A stretch of DNA of 32,000 bases. Source: Campylobacter concisus. GTDB taxonomy: Bacteria; Campylobacterota; Campylobacteria; Campylobacterales; Campylobacteraceae. The notes under the pieces were generated by a model. The model was given only the letters and a program-made list of their open reading frames with translations. It had not been told where the DNA came from and did not search any database. Both the position numbers and the translations under genes were made by a program. Where the stretch lies: positions 125,395 through 157,394 of the forward strand of contig NZ_PIRQ01000006.1 of NCBI RefSeq assembly GCF_003048535.1, given 5' to 3'. Each line of letters begins with the position of its first letter. The stretch's first letter is position 1. This document shows, in pieces, positions 8,472-17,394 of the stretch.

Positions 8472-10763
8472 ATGCAAAGACGTTCTTTCCTAAAAGGCAC
8501 CGGAGCAGCTCTAGCAGCAGCTGGAACAGCTCCTAGTCTATTTGGTATGGAGCAATTTGAGGTGGATTTTAACCCAAAATCCTATAAGAACGAGGAAAAT
8601 GTAGAGTACCACTACCTAACCTGTCCTAGAAACTGCCGTGATGCCTGTTCGATGATCGCTGAGATCAAAGACGGCAAAATGGTAAGCATAAAAGGCGATC
8701 CAAAACACCCTCTAACGCAAGGCACAGTCTGCGTCAAGGGTCACACCTACGCCATGCACCTATATAACGCCGACCGTATCATGCACCCTATGAAAAGAGT
8801 CGGCAAAAAGGGCGAAGGAAAATGGGAAAAGATAAGCTGGGATCAAGCCCTAAAAGAGATAGCCGCAAAGCTAACTGAGATAAAAGAGAAATTTGGCGGC
8901 GAGGCTTTGACTGAGTTTGTCTACTCTGGCAACGAAGGACATATCTCGAAAACTATCGCACCGGGAAATTTCTTTGAAAAATATGGAGCCACAAGGCTTG
9001 TTAGAAACCCTTGTGACTGGCCAAGATACGCGGGTACTCCTAGCGTTATAGGTACTGACTTCTCAAAAGATGCACTTGAGATCGATGAGAGTGATATGTA
9101 CATTAGCTGGGGATCAAACGAAGCTTACACAGCCGTACACTGGATAAGATTTGCTCACCGCGTTAAAAAAAGAGGCGGAAAGATCATCGTTATAAATACG
9201 ATAAGAATTCCTCTTGCAAACCAAGCTGATATGTTTATCCAGCTAAAACCATCTAGTGACCCTGCATTTTGTCTAGCGGTCTGTAAATTTTTAATAGAAG
9301 AAGATCTATATGATCATGAATTTGTAGAAAAATACACAACAGGCTTTGAAGATCTAGTGCACGAGTGCTCACTCTATACCTATGGCGAGCTATCTGAGAT
9401 GTGCGGAGCAAGTGTGGATCAGATAAAAGTCTTTGCTAGAGAGTACGCTCACGCAAAAGCACCAGCTATCATGCACGGCGACGGCGGACAAAGACACTTT
9501 AACGGAGCAAGACTTGTTCGTGCGGTTACATTTTTACCAGTTTTAACTGGCGCCTTGACAAAGCTTGGTGGCGGACTATTTTGGGCATATGTGCATGTAA
9601 AAGGCTGCTTTAATTTCGACAACTGTATGCCAGACCTATCTCCAAAAGATAAAGATGGCAAAAAGATAGAAAGACAGCAAGTAAGCTATATAGAATTTGG
9701 TAAAGGCATACAAAAAGAAAATCCAACATATCTTGACAAGCCTATAAACACGGTCATTAGAGCATGTATCAACTACAACTCAAATTTAATGGTAACAGCG
9801 CCAAATACAAATTTGATCAAAAAACGCATAATGGACGATGACTTCTTCTTAGTTGTCCTTGATCCATATGATATCGATACTTGCGACTATGCTGACTATG
9901 TGCTACCTGGTGTTACATTTATGGAGAGTGAGGATATCCAAAACGACCAAATTTCTGGATATGTTTGTTACAACGCTCAAAGTGTAAAACCTCTTGGCGA
10001 AGCTAAGACAAATTTAGAGTTCTTCAACGCTCTTGCAAAAGCGATGGGCTATACAGAAGAGTGCTTTAACTGGGATAGCGAAACAGTTTGCAGACGCTTT
10101 TTGGATACAGAATTTGCCAAAAAACAAAACATCACCTATGAAAAACTAAAATCAGTCGGCTGGATCAAGCCATTTAGAACGCCTGAAACGATGAAAGATC
10201 AGTTCCCGTACTACCCTTATACACCAAAAGACAAACTAATATTTGGTACAAAGAGTGGAAAATGCGAGCTTTACTCACAAACCTTTAAAGACGCAGGATA
10301 TCATCCAGTAATAGACCTTGAAACTGACTGGGACTACTATGAAAAGAGCAATAAATTTGGAAAAGACTATCTCAAAAAATATCCGCTTTATTTCATGACG
10401 CCAGGTACTCAGCTCCAAGACAACTCAAACTGGGGCAATATGCCTTATATCCTAAAAAGGGTTATCGTTAAAGGCAATGCTGAGTTATTTATGACACGTG
10501 AAGATATGGAGGCTCGCGGTATCAAAAACGGAGACACAGTTGAGGCAACAAATGAAAAGGGAACAGCCGTCTTTACAGCAGTCGAGACAAATCAAATGAA
10601 CCCAGGCATAGTCTATGCGTGGAACAACATCTGGGTAAAAGTGACTAAATCAAGAACTGGGGCAAATATACTTTGCTCTGATGGCGTTAGTGACCTAGGA
10701 AATGGCTCAACCTATACAGCTAGCTTTTGTGAAGTAAAAAAAGCAGCTAAACAAGAGATGTAA
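8472..10763 (+). CDS. Tat-exported molybdopterin (bis-MGD) oxidoreductase catalytic subunit, DmsA-family; substrate unknown
   Basis: Twin-arginine signal MQRRSFLKGTGAALAAAG. N-terminal FeS motif CPRNCRDAC...C (C-x3-C-x3-C-xn-C). 763 aa, in an operon with FeS, chaperone and NrfD-like subunits. Confidence 0.85.
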   Translation: MQRRSFLKGTGAALAAAGTAPSLFGMEQFEVDFNPKSYKNEENVEYHYLTCPRNCRDACSMIAEIKDGKMVSIKGDPKHPLTQGTVCVKGHTYAMHLYNADRIMHPMKRVGKKGEGKWEKISWDQALKEIAAKLTEIKEKFGGEALTEFVYSGNEGHISKTIAPGNFFEKYGATRLVRNPCDWPRYAGTPSVIGTDFSKDALEIDESDMYISWGSNEAYTAVHWIRFAHRVKKRGGKIIVINTIRIPLANQADMFIQLKPSSDPAFCLAVCKFLIEEDLYDHEFVEKYTTGFEDLVHECSLYTYGELSEMCGASVDQIKVFAREYAHAKAPAIMHGDGGQRHFNGARLVRAVTFLPVLTGALTKLGGGLFWAYVHVKGCFNFDNCMPDLSPKDKDGKKIERQQVSYIEFGKGIQKENPTYLDKPINTVIRACINYNSNLMVTAPNTNLIKKRIMDDDFFLVVLDPYDIDTCDYADYVLPGVTFMESEDIQNDQISGYVCYNAQSVKPLGEAKTNLEFFNALAKAMGYTEECFNWDSETVCRRFLDTEFAKKQNITYEKLKSVGWIKPFRTPETMKDQFPYYPYTPKDKLIFGTKSGKCELYSQTFKDAGYHPVIDLETDWDYYEKSNKFGKDYLKKYPLYFMTPGTQLQDNSNWGNMPYILKRVIVKGNAELFMTREDMEARGIKNGDTVEATNEKGTAVFTAVETNQMNPGIVYAWNNIWVKVTKSRTGANILCSDGVSDLGNGSTYTASFCEVKKAAKQEM

Positions 10764-10774
10764 AGGGGTCTAAG

Positions 10775-11326
10775 ATGAAAAGAAAACAAGGTTTTTTATT
10801 TGATTATAACTTTTGTATAGGCTGCAAGGCTTGTGAAATTTCATGTCAAGTCTATCACAACCAAGATCCAGATATAAACTGGAGACATGTTGATGGTCTT
10901 ATGATACATGAAGATGGCATAGAAAAAGAGATCTTTATAACTCACTCTTGCCATCACTGCGACGAGCCAGCCTGTATGGATGTCTGCCCAGTTGGGGCTT
11001 ATATCAAGCTAGAAAATGGCGTCGTACAGCCACTTCATGATAAGTGCATAGGCTGTGGATACTGCTTGATGGCTTGCCCTTACGGCTCTATCACAAAAGG
11101 CAAAGATGGCAAGGCTCAAAAGTGCAATCTCTGCGCTGAAAAACTTGAGCGTGGCGAAGAACCAGCTTGTGTGGCGGGCTGTCCATGTGGAGTACTAAAA
11201 CTAGTTGATAGCAACGTCAGCGATAGCGCTGGTATGCAAAAAGAGATGCCAGGCTTTAAGCACTTCTTTACCAAGCCAAATATCCGCTTTTATCCAAGAA
11301 TGAAGCGAAATGAATTCATACACTAA
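10775..11326 (+). CDS. 4Fe-4S ferredoxin-type electron-transfer subunit (DmsB-like)
   Basis: Four Cys clusters: CIGCKACEISC, CHHCDEPACMDVCP, CIGCGYCLMACP, CNLC...CVAGCP. Confidence 0.85.
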   Translation: MKRKQGFLFDYNFCIGCKACEISCQVYHNQDPDINWRHVDGLMIHEDGIEKEIFITHSCHHCDEPACMDVCPVGAYIKLENGVVQPLHDKCIGCGYCLMACPYGSITKGKDGKAQKCNLCAEKLERGEEPACVAGCPCGVLKLVDSNVSDSAGMQKEMPGFKHFFTKPNIRFYPRMKRNEFIH

Positions 11327-11336
11327 AGAGTAAAAG

Positions 11337-11975
11337 ATGGATAAGGTCAAAGAAAAGCTTAGTGTTAGCCTTAGTGTTGAAGACTTTTTAAGGCGATTTT
11401 TCTTAGTGGAGCTTAGAGAGCAAAATTTAGATGAGCTCATAAGCCTAAGCCTTAATTTTAGTGATAAATTTAAAAATCACGACTTCATACTTTGGCTAAA
11501 TAAGTGTAAAGATGATCTAAATTTGCTAGACGAGCTAAGATATGAATTTAATAGGCTTTTTGTAGGGCCAAGACACCCAAAAGCTGAGCCATATGAGTCG
11601 GTTTATTTTGATTATAAAACGATGTTTGGCGAGAAGACTATGCAGGTACGAAGCTTTTATGAAAGCTCTGGACTAAAGCTTAGTAAAGAGCAGTTTGATA
11701 AATTTCCAGATGACTTCATCGGATACGAGCTGCAATACCTTTACTTTCTAAGTTTCAATGCCTTACAAGCAGACGAAAAAGAGAAAATGGATGAAATTTT
11801 ACATAAAAAATATGACTTCATCCGCACTCATCCGTTTGAGTGGTTTTATAAATTTAGCTCTCGCTGTAAGGAAGCTACAAATTTAGAAGCTTATGTGAGC
11901 TTTGCTGATTTTTTAAATTTATATCTTGAAAACGAGATAGAGCAATCAAGAGCTCTTCTAACTTTTAAGAGTTAA
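11337..11975 (+). CDS. TorD/DmsD-family redox enzyme maturation chaperone
   Basis: 212 aa with the motif FNRLFVGPRHPKAEPYESVYFD typical of the TorD family. It sits between the FeS and anchor subunits. Confidence 0.7.
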   Translation: MDKVKEKLSVSLSVEDFLRRFFLVELREQNLDELISLSLNFSDKFKNHDFILWLNKCKDDLNLLDELRYEFNRLFVGPRHPKAEPYESVYFDYKTMFGEKTMQVRSFYESSGLKLSKEQFDKFPDDFIGYELQYLYFLSFNALQADEKEKMDEILHKKYDFIRTHPFEWFYKFSSRCKEATNLEAYVSFADFLNLYLENEIEQSRALLTFKS

Positions 11976-11985
11976 AGGATAGATA

Positions 11986-12873
11986 ATGGAACAAACAACT
12001 TGGGGATGGCTCATAGTCATCTATCTATTTTTGGGCGGTTTAGGCGCCGGGGCATTTTTGTGCTCGGCTTTGGCTTATAAGGGCTTTTTGGGCTCGTTAA
12101 ACGAGAGATTTTATAAATTCGGCTTTCTGCTAGCACCCGTTGCGGTAATAATAGGAACTGCGCTTTTGCTATTTGACTTGGCACCGAGCGCCGCGATAAA
12201 TCCTCTTAAAATTTTACAGCTCTATACGCGCCCGGTTTCGATGATGAGCATAGGTACGTATCTACTTACGTTTTTCATCGTAGTCAGCGTTTTGGTGCTT
12301 TTGCAGATCAAGAAGAGTGGTAAAATTTGCGATATGATGCTCACGCTCGGAGCTATTTTGGCGCTTGGAGTGATGGGATATACGGGGCTGCTGCTTTACG
12401 TCGTAAAGGCGATCCCGCTTTGGGCAAGCGTGTGGCTGCCGATTTTATTTACGATATCCGCGATCTCTACAGGGCTTAGCGCAAATGCCGCCGCTACGCT
12501 AAATGCGGGGCACGGGCTAAGCCACTGCGCGCATAAATTTCACGTCGTTTTAGTCGCACTTGAGATTGTTGCGGTGCTAGCGCTATTTGCTAGCGTGAGA
12601 AGCGAGGCTGCGGGCATGGCTAGCGTGACTAAGATAGTCAGCGGCTCGCTTGCGCCGATGTTTTGGATAGGCTTTGTCGTGTTTGGGCTTGCTTTGCCGC
12701 TGCTAGGCGGAAGCAAATTTATGCTTCGCAGCTGCAGCGTGAATGCGGACGGCAGTGTCTGCGCGCACGGTGGCGAGGAGGTAAAAAGCTGTGTTTATAA
12801 CGAATACGGCGTGCTTGTGGGCGGCTTTTGCCTAAGAGCATTTATCGTACTCGGCGCGGTATATATATTTTAG
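11986..12873 (+). CDS. NrfD/DmsC-type integral membrane quinol-interacting anchor subunit
   Basis: N-terminus WGWLIVIYLFLGGLGAGAF is typical of the NrfD/DmsC/PsrC family, with about 8 hydrophobic segments. Codon style (many NCG codons) differs from the upstream genes. Confidence 0.75.
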   Translation: MEQTTWGWLIVIYLFLGGLGAGAFLCSALAYKGFLGSLNERFYKFGFLLAPVAVIIGTALLLFDLAPSAAINPLKILQLYTRPVSMMSIGTYLLTFFIVVSVLVLLQIKKSGKICDMMLTLGAILALGVMGYTGLLLYVVKAIPLWASVWLPILFTISAISTGLSANAAATLNAGHGLSHCAHKFHVVLVALEIVAVLALFASVRSEAAGMASVTKIVSGSLAPMFWIGFVVFGLALPLLGGSKFMLRSCSVNADGSVCAHGGEEVKSCVYNEYGVLVGGFCLRAFIVLGAVYIF

Positions 12874-12896
12874 TTTCTCCCTTTTTCTGATACTTG

Positions 12897-12921
12897 GGTC
12901 GGATGAAAGTCCGACCTTTTT
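12897..12921 (+). terminator. Rho-independent terminator of the molybdoenzyme operon
   Basis: Perfect 7-bp stem GGTCGGA / TCCGACC with loop TGAAAG, followed by TTTTT, 24 nt after the stop codon. Confidence 0.75.
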
Positions 12922-12929
12922 AAATTTAG
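12921..12929. repeat. 9-bp direct repeat TAAATTTAG (left copy) flanking the OLD cassette
   Basis: The identical 9-mer recurs at 14911..14919. Both copies coincide with the GC/codon-style transitions. Confidence 0.3.
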
Positions 12930-13027
12930 CTTTAAAATGCAATTTCAGATGGATTGCTAAAAGCGACGTAGCGTTAAGCGACTCTTGATTTTAAATAGGC
13001 CACCTGAAAATTATTGATAAGCTATTT

Positions 13028-14782
13028 TTATTTATAAATTACTCTAATTTTTTCAGCGAAACTTTCTGATATATGGAACTCACTAGATTTAATATGTTTT
13101 AACGCTTGAAATGGCTTACCTGATTTGCCGCAATTATATCCAAGCTCCTGCTCAATATCGTTTACAAGCTCTACAGATAAGCCTAGTTCATTATTTATTT
13201 CATCTAAAATTGCTTTGGTTGCAGAATCTGCCGCACCTATTGCTTGCTCTGATTTATTTTCTTGATGATCTTTGTCATATACCGAAACGTATGGAATCTT
13301 AAATTTGTTCATTAACTTAATGTATAAAGGAATATTTTGTTTTGAACCACAATCGATAACAGTATAACTATGCTTGAACACTCCCAACTTATCTGCTAAT
13401 GCAGGAAGAATCACTTTATCAGTTTGTCCTTCAACTAAAATAACTTTTTCAGCAAAAAATAATTCACCTCTATCTGGATTAATCCAATAAGACAAATTCC
13501 ATTCATTCTTTTGGTTTCCATCAAATAGATCCTCCTCGCATTGAGTTACTTTACTACCATATTGCTCATTTTCTTTCTTAATAATGTAAATAGATTTATA
13601 TTTATCAATACTAATAAGATTACTCGAATGCGTACATAAGATGACTTGATTTCCACTAGTAGATAATTCAACAAAACTGTCAAATAAAGATCTTTGTGCT
13701 TGTGGATGTAGATATAATTCAGGCTCTTCAAAAATAAAATAGCGAGATTTTGAAACTTTTCGATTTGTTGTTTCAGAATCCTGATTAGATTGCAACTGGC
13801 GTTTTGCGATTAACTGAATTAACGCAATTGTTACTGCACGTTGTAAACCATGTCCTTTACGAGCAATATCCGTGCGTGTGCCATCATTAATCCATACTGA
13901 AGCATTCGATTTTAGAACAGAATCGATATCTGGAATATTCAATTCAATATCAAAATAAGCATTCCAAGATAATAATTCCTTTGATAATTCATTCTCTAAA
14001 TCAGATAATTGCTTTGGTCTTTCTGTATTCTCAACTCCATTAATGTATTTACTGAATTTAGAGAATAAATTAGCTAATTGTTGTTTTGTTCCTTGCCAAT
14101 CTTCATTATGCTGAGACATAGTTTCCACGACTTCTCCCAGTAATTTACCGAAAACGCTGGTATCTTTTGATGCGAAGTCATCCGCAGCATTTTTTATTGC
14201 AGGCAAGAAATAAACTTCCCCAAAAATCCCTTTTGCAACAGATTTAAGCCCCATAAAATTTGTTTTTTCCAGTTCGTAGCTAAAAGTTAGATTTCTAATA
14301 TTTGATTGAATATACTTTTGTTGTGCTTCTATTATCTGTTGTTTACTTAATCTTCCAGTAGGTGGTAAATATGGGTAAAAGGGTAAGCTATTAGCGGTTT
14401 CACGACTCGTATAATTTCCTGCATTTTCTTCTTTTAAATAATCTTCCAAACAAGTTTGTATCCATCCTTTGTATTCAAAACTTCCTCCTAAATAAGCTAC
14501 TTTTCTGACTTTAATTGTTTCTTGTTGGGTTACATATTTCTCAAAAGTTTTCTTGTCTTGATCATCAAGCTCAGAAAACTCAATATCCACAAAAAGATCT
14601 TCTGCTCCTTGGGAAAAATCTAAGTCTTGATGTTTAATTTCGCCAAAAAAGAATAGAATAGCTGATAATAAATTAGATTTACCATGATTATTTTGTCCAA
14701 TAATAATCATCAAATCTTGTGCCGTAACTTTAAGCTCTTTAATAGAGCGCCAATTTTTTATTTCAAGTGTTTTAATTTTCAT
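13028..14782 (-). CDS. OLD-family nuclease (N-terminal ABC-type ATPase + C-terminal TOPRIM), solitary
   Basis: Walker A GQNNHGKSNLL, Walker B plus LHP motif YFIFEEPELYLHPQAQ, and H-loop ILCTHSS. TOPRIM motifs are VILVEGQTDKV and a later YDKD acidic motif. No helicase or partner gene is adjacent. Confidence 0.8.
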   Translation of the reverse strand: MKIKTLEIKNWRSIKELKVTAQDLMIIIGQNNHGKSNLLSAILFFFGEIKHQDLDFSQGAEDLFVDIEFSELDDQDKKTFEKYVTQQETIKVRKVAYLGGSFEYKGWIQTCLEDYLKEENAGNYTSRETANSLPFYPYLPPTGRLSKQQIIEAQQKYIQSNIRNLTFSYELEKTNFMGLKSVAKGIFGEVYFLPAIKNAADDFASKDTSVFGKLLGEVVETMSQHNEDWQGTKQQLANLFSKFSKYINGVENTERPKQLSDLENELSKELLSWNAYFDIELNIPDIDSVLKSNASVWINDGTRTDIARKGHGLQRAVTIALIQLIAKRQLQSNQDSETTNRKVSKSRYFIFEEPELYLHPQAQRSLFDSFVELSTSGNQVILCTHSSNLISIDKYKSIYIIKKENEQYGSKVTQCEEDLFDGNQKNEWNLSYWINPDRGELFFAEKVILVEGQTDKVILPALADKLGVFKHSYTVIDCGSKQNIPLYIKLMNKFKIPYVSVYDKDHQENKSEQAIGAADSATKAILDEINNELGLSVELVNDIEQELGYNCGKSGKPFQALKHIKSSEFHISESFAEKIRVIYK

Positions 14783-14801
14783 ATTTACTCCTCAATTTCA
14801 A

Positions 14802-14807
14802 ATTATA
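14802..14807 (-). promoter_or_regulatory. Candidate -10 box (TATAAT) for the OLD gene
   Basis: The minus strand reads GTTTGTATAATTTGAAATTGAGGAGTAAATATG. TATAAT lies about 20 nt upstream of the ATG, with a GAGGAG RBS between them. Confidence 0.4.
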
Positions 14808-14910
14808 CAAACACTATCTCCCTCATTATGTCCCACCAACATATCCTATTTTTCTGAATAGCTGGAGGAATGGCAAATTTCCGTCAACTAGCAAACTTTG
14901 CTGCGCCCGC

Positions 14911-14919
14911 TAAATTTAG
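14911..14919. repeat. 9-bp direct repeat TAAATTTAG (right copy)
   Basis: See 12921..12929. Confidence 0.3.
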
Positions 14920-15214
14920 GCCCCAGAACAATAGCATCTCTTGGGAAAGCTTATTTTGACATCGTCTTTTGGGATTTTTATAGTCTTTTTAACACCTGCT
15001 TTTTTGTCCGCGTTTAGCGCTCGGGCAATCTCGCCTGTTTTCATCAGCTCCAAGTTTAGTGGCAGTTTTAGAATTTGTTCTTTCGTTTTGCCTCTTTTGG
15101 GTTAAATTTACTGTGACATTATAGCGAATGGGGTCTTAAGAGTTTAGTAAAAAGAAAAACATCAAAAATTGCTTTATAGTTTTTGGTGAGCATGTGAATA
15201 TAAATTTGACAGAG

Positions 15215-15251
15215 AGTAAAAATAAAATTTAAGCCGCCAAAGACGGCTTAA
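15215..15251 (-). terminator. Rho-independent terminator of the inverted three-gene module
   Basis: The minus strand reads TTAAGCCG TCTTTGG CGGCTTAA followed by ATTTTATTTTT, 4 nt after the stop of 15255..16142. Confidence 0.7.
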
Positions 15252-15254
15252 ATT

Positions 15255-16142
15255 TCACCTCTCAAAAACGAAAATTTTATTCACTCCGTTTTCTCTCGTC
15301 GCGACGTAAAATTTGCCGTCCTTGATAGCTAGCGCATGCGCGTCGTTTGCGCCTTCAAAGCTATAAACCTCTGCGATCTTTCTGCTGCGCGGATCGAGCT
15401 TTAGGATGCTTGAGTATTGCTTTGAAAGCAGATAAACAAACTCGCCTTGCGCATCCATACCCGTGACATAGTAGTCGCTTACGTCTCTGCCTTCTTTTAC
15501 ACCGAGGGTCTCGTCAAAGCTAGGCACGAACTCGCTCGAGAGCAGATTATCGGCGTCACTAAAGCTCGCCACGCTCCAGCTTTGCTTGATGTCATCGGGC
15601 ACGCTCGCGATGAAAAACTCGCCGTAAAAGTCCGAGTGATCCCAGCTTAGGATATACTGCTGTTTGGCACGCACGGTGGAGTAGCGGTCTTTGAAATCAA
15701 GCGTGAAATTTTCGTACCCATCGTGCAGATAGCGCCACGCTTTGTTCGCTTCCTCTTTACTTTGATTGGGCGCCGGTTTAAAAAACTCGTAGGTTTTGTT
15801 GTAGCTCATCGCGCCGATCGAGCCTTTAAAAAAGCTCGCAGCGACGGTGTCTTCCATCTGGATGATCCAATCGGGCGTGCTTCGCAGATAGCTTTTTACG
15901 GTTTTTAGCTCGTCATCCATCTCGTAAAGCTCAAATTTGAGCGTACCGACCAAAAAGCTTTTGCTCGCTTCGTCGTAGTCAAGCCCGGCGACGGGATTAT
16001 CGTTTTTCAAATTTAGTGTTATCTCGCCGCTTTTACGAAGCGGAGTCAAATTTGTCACGGCGCCGTCCGCGGGACTTAGATTAAACTCGCCGCCCAGCGC
16101 CAGTGCAGCGCACAAAAGGGTTAAGGTTAAAATTTTTCTCAT
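15255..16142 (-). CDS. Secreted periplasmic protein, paralog of 7556..8449
   Basis: Signal peptide MRKILTLTLLCAALALG. Shared blocks with the other copy include TLNLxNDN, MSYNKT, KQQYILxWD, FFxASVP, YLLSK..ILKL and ALAIKDxKFY. About 40% identity by eye. Confidence 0.7.
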   Translation of the reverse strand: MRKILTLTLLCAALALGGEFNLSPADGAVTNLTPLRKSGEITLNLKNDNPVAGLDYDEASKSFLVGTLKFELYEMDDELKTVKSYLRSTPDWIIQMEDTVAASFFKGSIGAMSYNKTYEFFKPAPNQSKEEANKAWRYLHDGYENFTLDFKDRYSTVRAKQQYILSWDHSDFYGEFFIASVPDDIKQSWSVASFSDADNLLSSEFVPSFDETLGVKEGRDVSDYYVTGMDAQGEFVYLLSKQYSSILKLDPRSRKIAEVYSFEGANDAHALAIKDGKFYVATRENGVNKIFVFER

Positions 16143-16151
16143 ATCGCGACC

Positions 16152-16907
16152 TCACTTCGGTAAATTCGGTAGTTTTGGATTCCAGCTTTCGCGAAAATCA
16201 ATTTCGGTTTCTTCCCAGTGATCAAGCTCCCAAAACCACTTTGACGGATCGATGCTCATGCGCGAAGGCGTCGCGGAGGCTAGATAGGGCGGAGGGCCTG
16301 CCGTGATGAAAGCCTGGACGCAGTTAAAAGCCATGATGATAGCAAAGGCCACCACGGCTATCTTGCCTAGCGCAAATTTGGGTAAAACCGCGCCGTATGC
16401 GCCCTCTTCACTTTTTTGCATTATTTTACCTACGTTTTTGCCTAGCAGCAAAATCACACCCAAAAATATAATGACGCAAAAATGTACCACTACGACCCAA
16501 AACTGCGTGTGTGCGCCTAAAATTTCAAGCCCGAAGCCCTGCTTGATGTCGAGGTAGCCGCCGCCAGTGCCGTCAAGGCTATAGTGTAAAAAGCCGTCGT
16601 AAAGCCCAAGGCACGCTAAAAAGAGGATTGCAGCGAGGTATTTGACCTTAAAGCCGTATCTAACGATAACTAGCGCCATAAACGAGATCGCTACCATGCA
16701 AAATCTCTCATGCCAACACATAATGCAGGGACTATCGCCCATACCAAAGCCCAAAACAAGGCATGCGATACCTACCGGCAAAGCGATGAGAGCGAGCGCC
16801 GCGAGGGCAAAAAGGTTGAAAAATAGCTTCTCATCATCGCCCCAGCCCGCAGAAATTTCGGTGCTGCGGGTGAAGCTTTGAGACATTTTATCTTGCATAC
16901 TTTCCAT
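16152..16907 (-). CDS. DsbB/DsbI-like CxxC membrane protein, paralog of 6835..7545
   Basis: Motif PCIMCWHER. About 73% identity (about 156/212, hand count) to the first copy, including an identical 23-aa run GGYLDIKQGFGLEILGAHTQFWV. Confidence 0.7.
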   Translation of the reverse strand: MESMQDKMSQSFTRSTEISAGWGDDEKLFFNLFALAALALIALPVGIACLVLGFGMGDSPCIMCWHERFCMVAISFMALVIVRYGFKVKYLAAILFLACLGLYDGFLHYSLDGTGGGYLDIKQGFGLEILGAHTQFWVVVVHFCVIIFLGVILLLGKNVGKIMQKSEEGAYGAVLPKFALGKIAVVAFAIIMAFNCVQAFITAGPPPYLASATPSRMSIDPSKWFWELDHWEETEIDFRESWNPKLPNLPK

Positions 16908-16916
16908 CGCTCGCTC

Positions 16917-17084
16917 CTAGAAATTTCCCATAGGCACGACGGCAAATTTATTTACCCATGCCATCATGATGACGAGTATCGCGACACCTGCAATACCAAA
17001 GCCCATAACCGCGCGCTTTTTCTCAGGCTTGAGCCACAGCAAAAGAGCTGCGACGAAAAACATAAGAACCATTAAAAATTCCAT
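16917..17084 (-). CDS. Small 55-aa TM peptide, Dba-like, paralog of 6658..6825
   Basis: Start moved from the track position (17117) to the ATG at 17084, which has an AAGGAG RBS and matches the first copy in length. Reads MEFLMVLMFFVAALLLWLKPEKKR...VVPMGNF. Confidence 0.65.
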   Translation of the reverse strand: MEFLMVLMFFVAALLLWLKPEKKRAVMGFGIAGVAILVIMMAWVNKFAVVPMGNF

Positions 17085-17394
17085 GTTTTCTCCTTTCTTG
17101 CTGAAATTTAATATCATAAAATATTAGGCTTTTATTTATTAAATATACATTAAAAAATATATTTTTACAAGTATAAATATATTTTTTTGTTATATTTTTA
17201 TGCTATTAAAATATATATTACTAATAATTTTTTTATATTAAAGCTTATTTTAAACTTATTTCAGGAGTGTTAATTTGATTTTGCTCTTGTAGGTTTGTGC
17301 AATTGAAATTAATAAGAGATTTAACAAACAGTAAGATGAAGTCATAACTAAACGCTTAATTTGTCTTGAGTCAAGGTGATTTTTCCACAATTGC

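Noticed and set aside
8921-11440. Antisense ORFs 8921..9103, 9449..9661, 11201..11440
   Set aside because: They lie inside or across well-supported molybdoenzyme operon genes on the opposite strand.
13111-13731. ORFs 13111..13302(+) and 13546..13731(-)
   Set aside because: They are embedded in the OLD nuclease gene, either antisense or out of frame.
14916-15044. 42-codon minus-strand frame MKTGEIARALNADKK... with an HTH-like start
   Set aside because: It is too short, has poor RBS spacing, and the frame is open upstream without a start. It is mentioned only as a possible relic in the OLD finding, not annotated.
15447-17075. Plus-strand ORFs 15447..15650, 15723..15908, 16103..16306, 16303..16557, 16642..16881, 16878..17075
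   Set aside because: All are antisense to the inverted three-gene module. GC-rich coding DNA commonly yields long antisense open frames.
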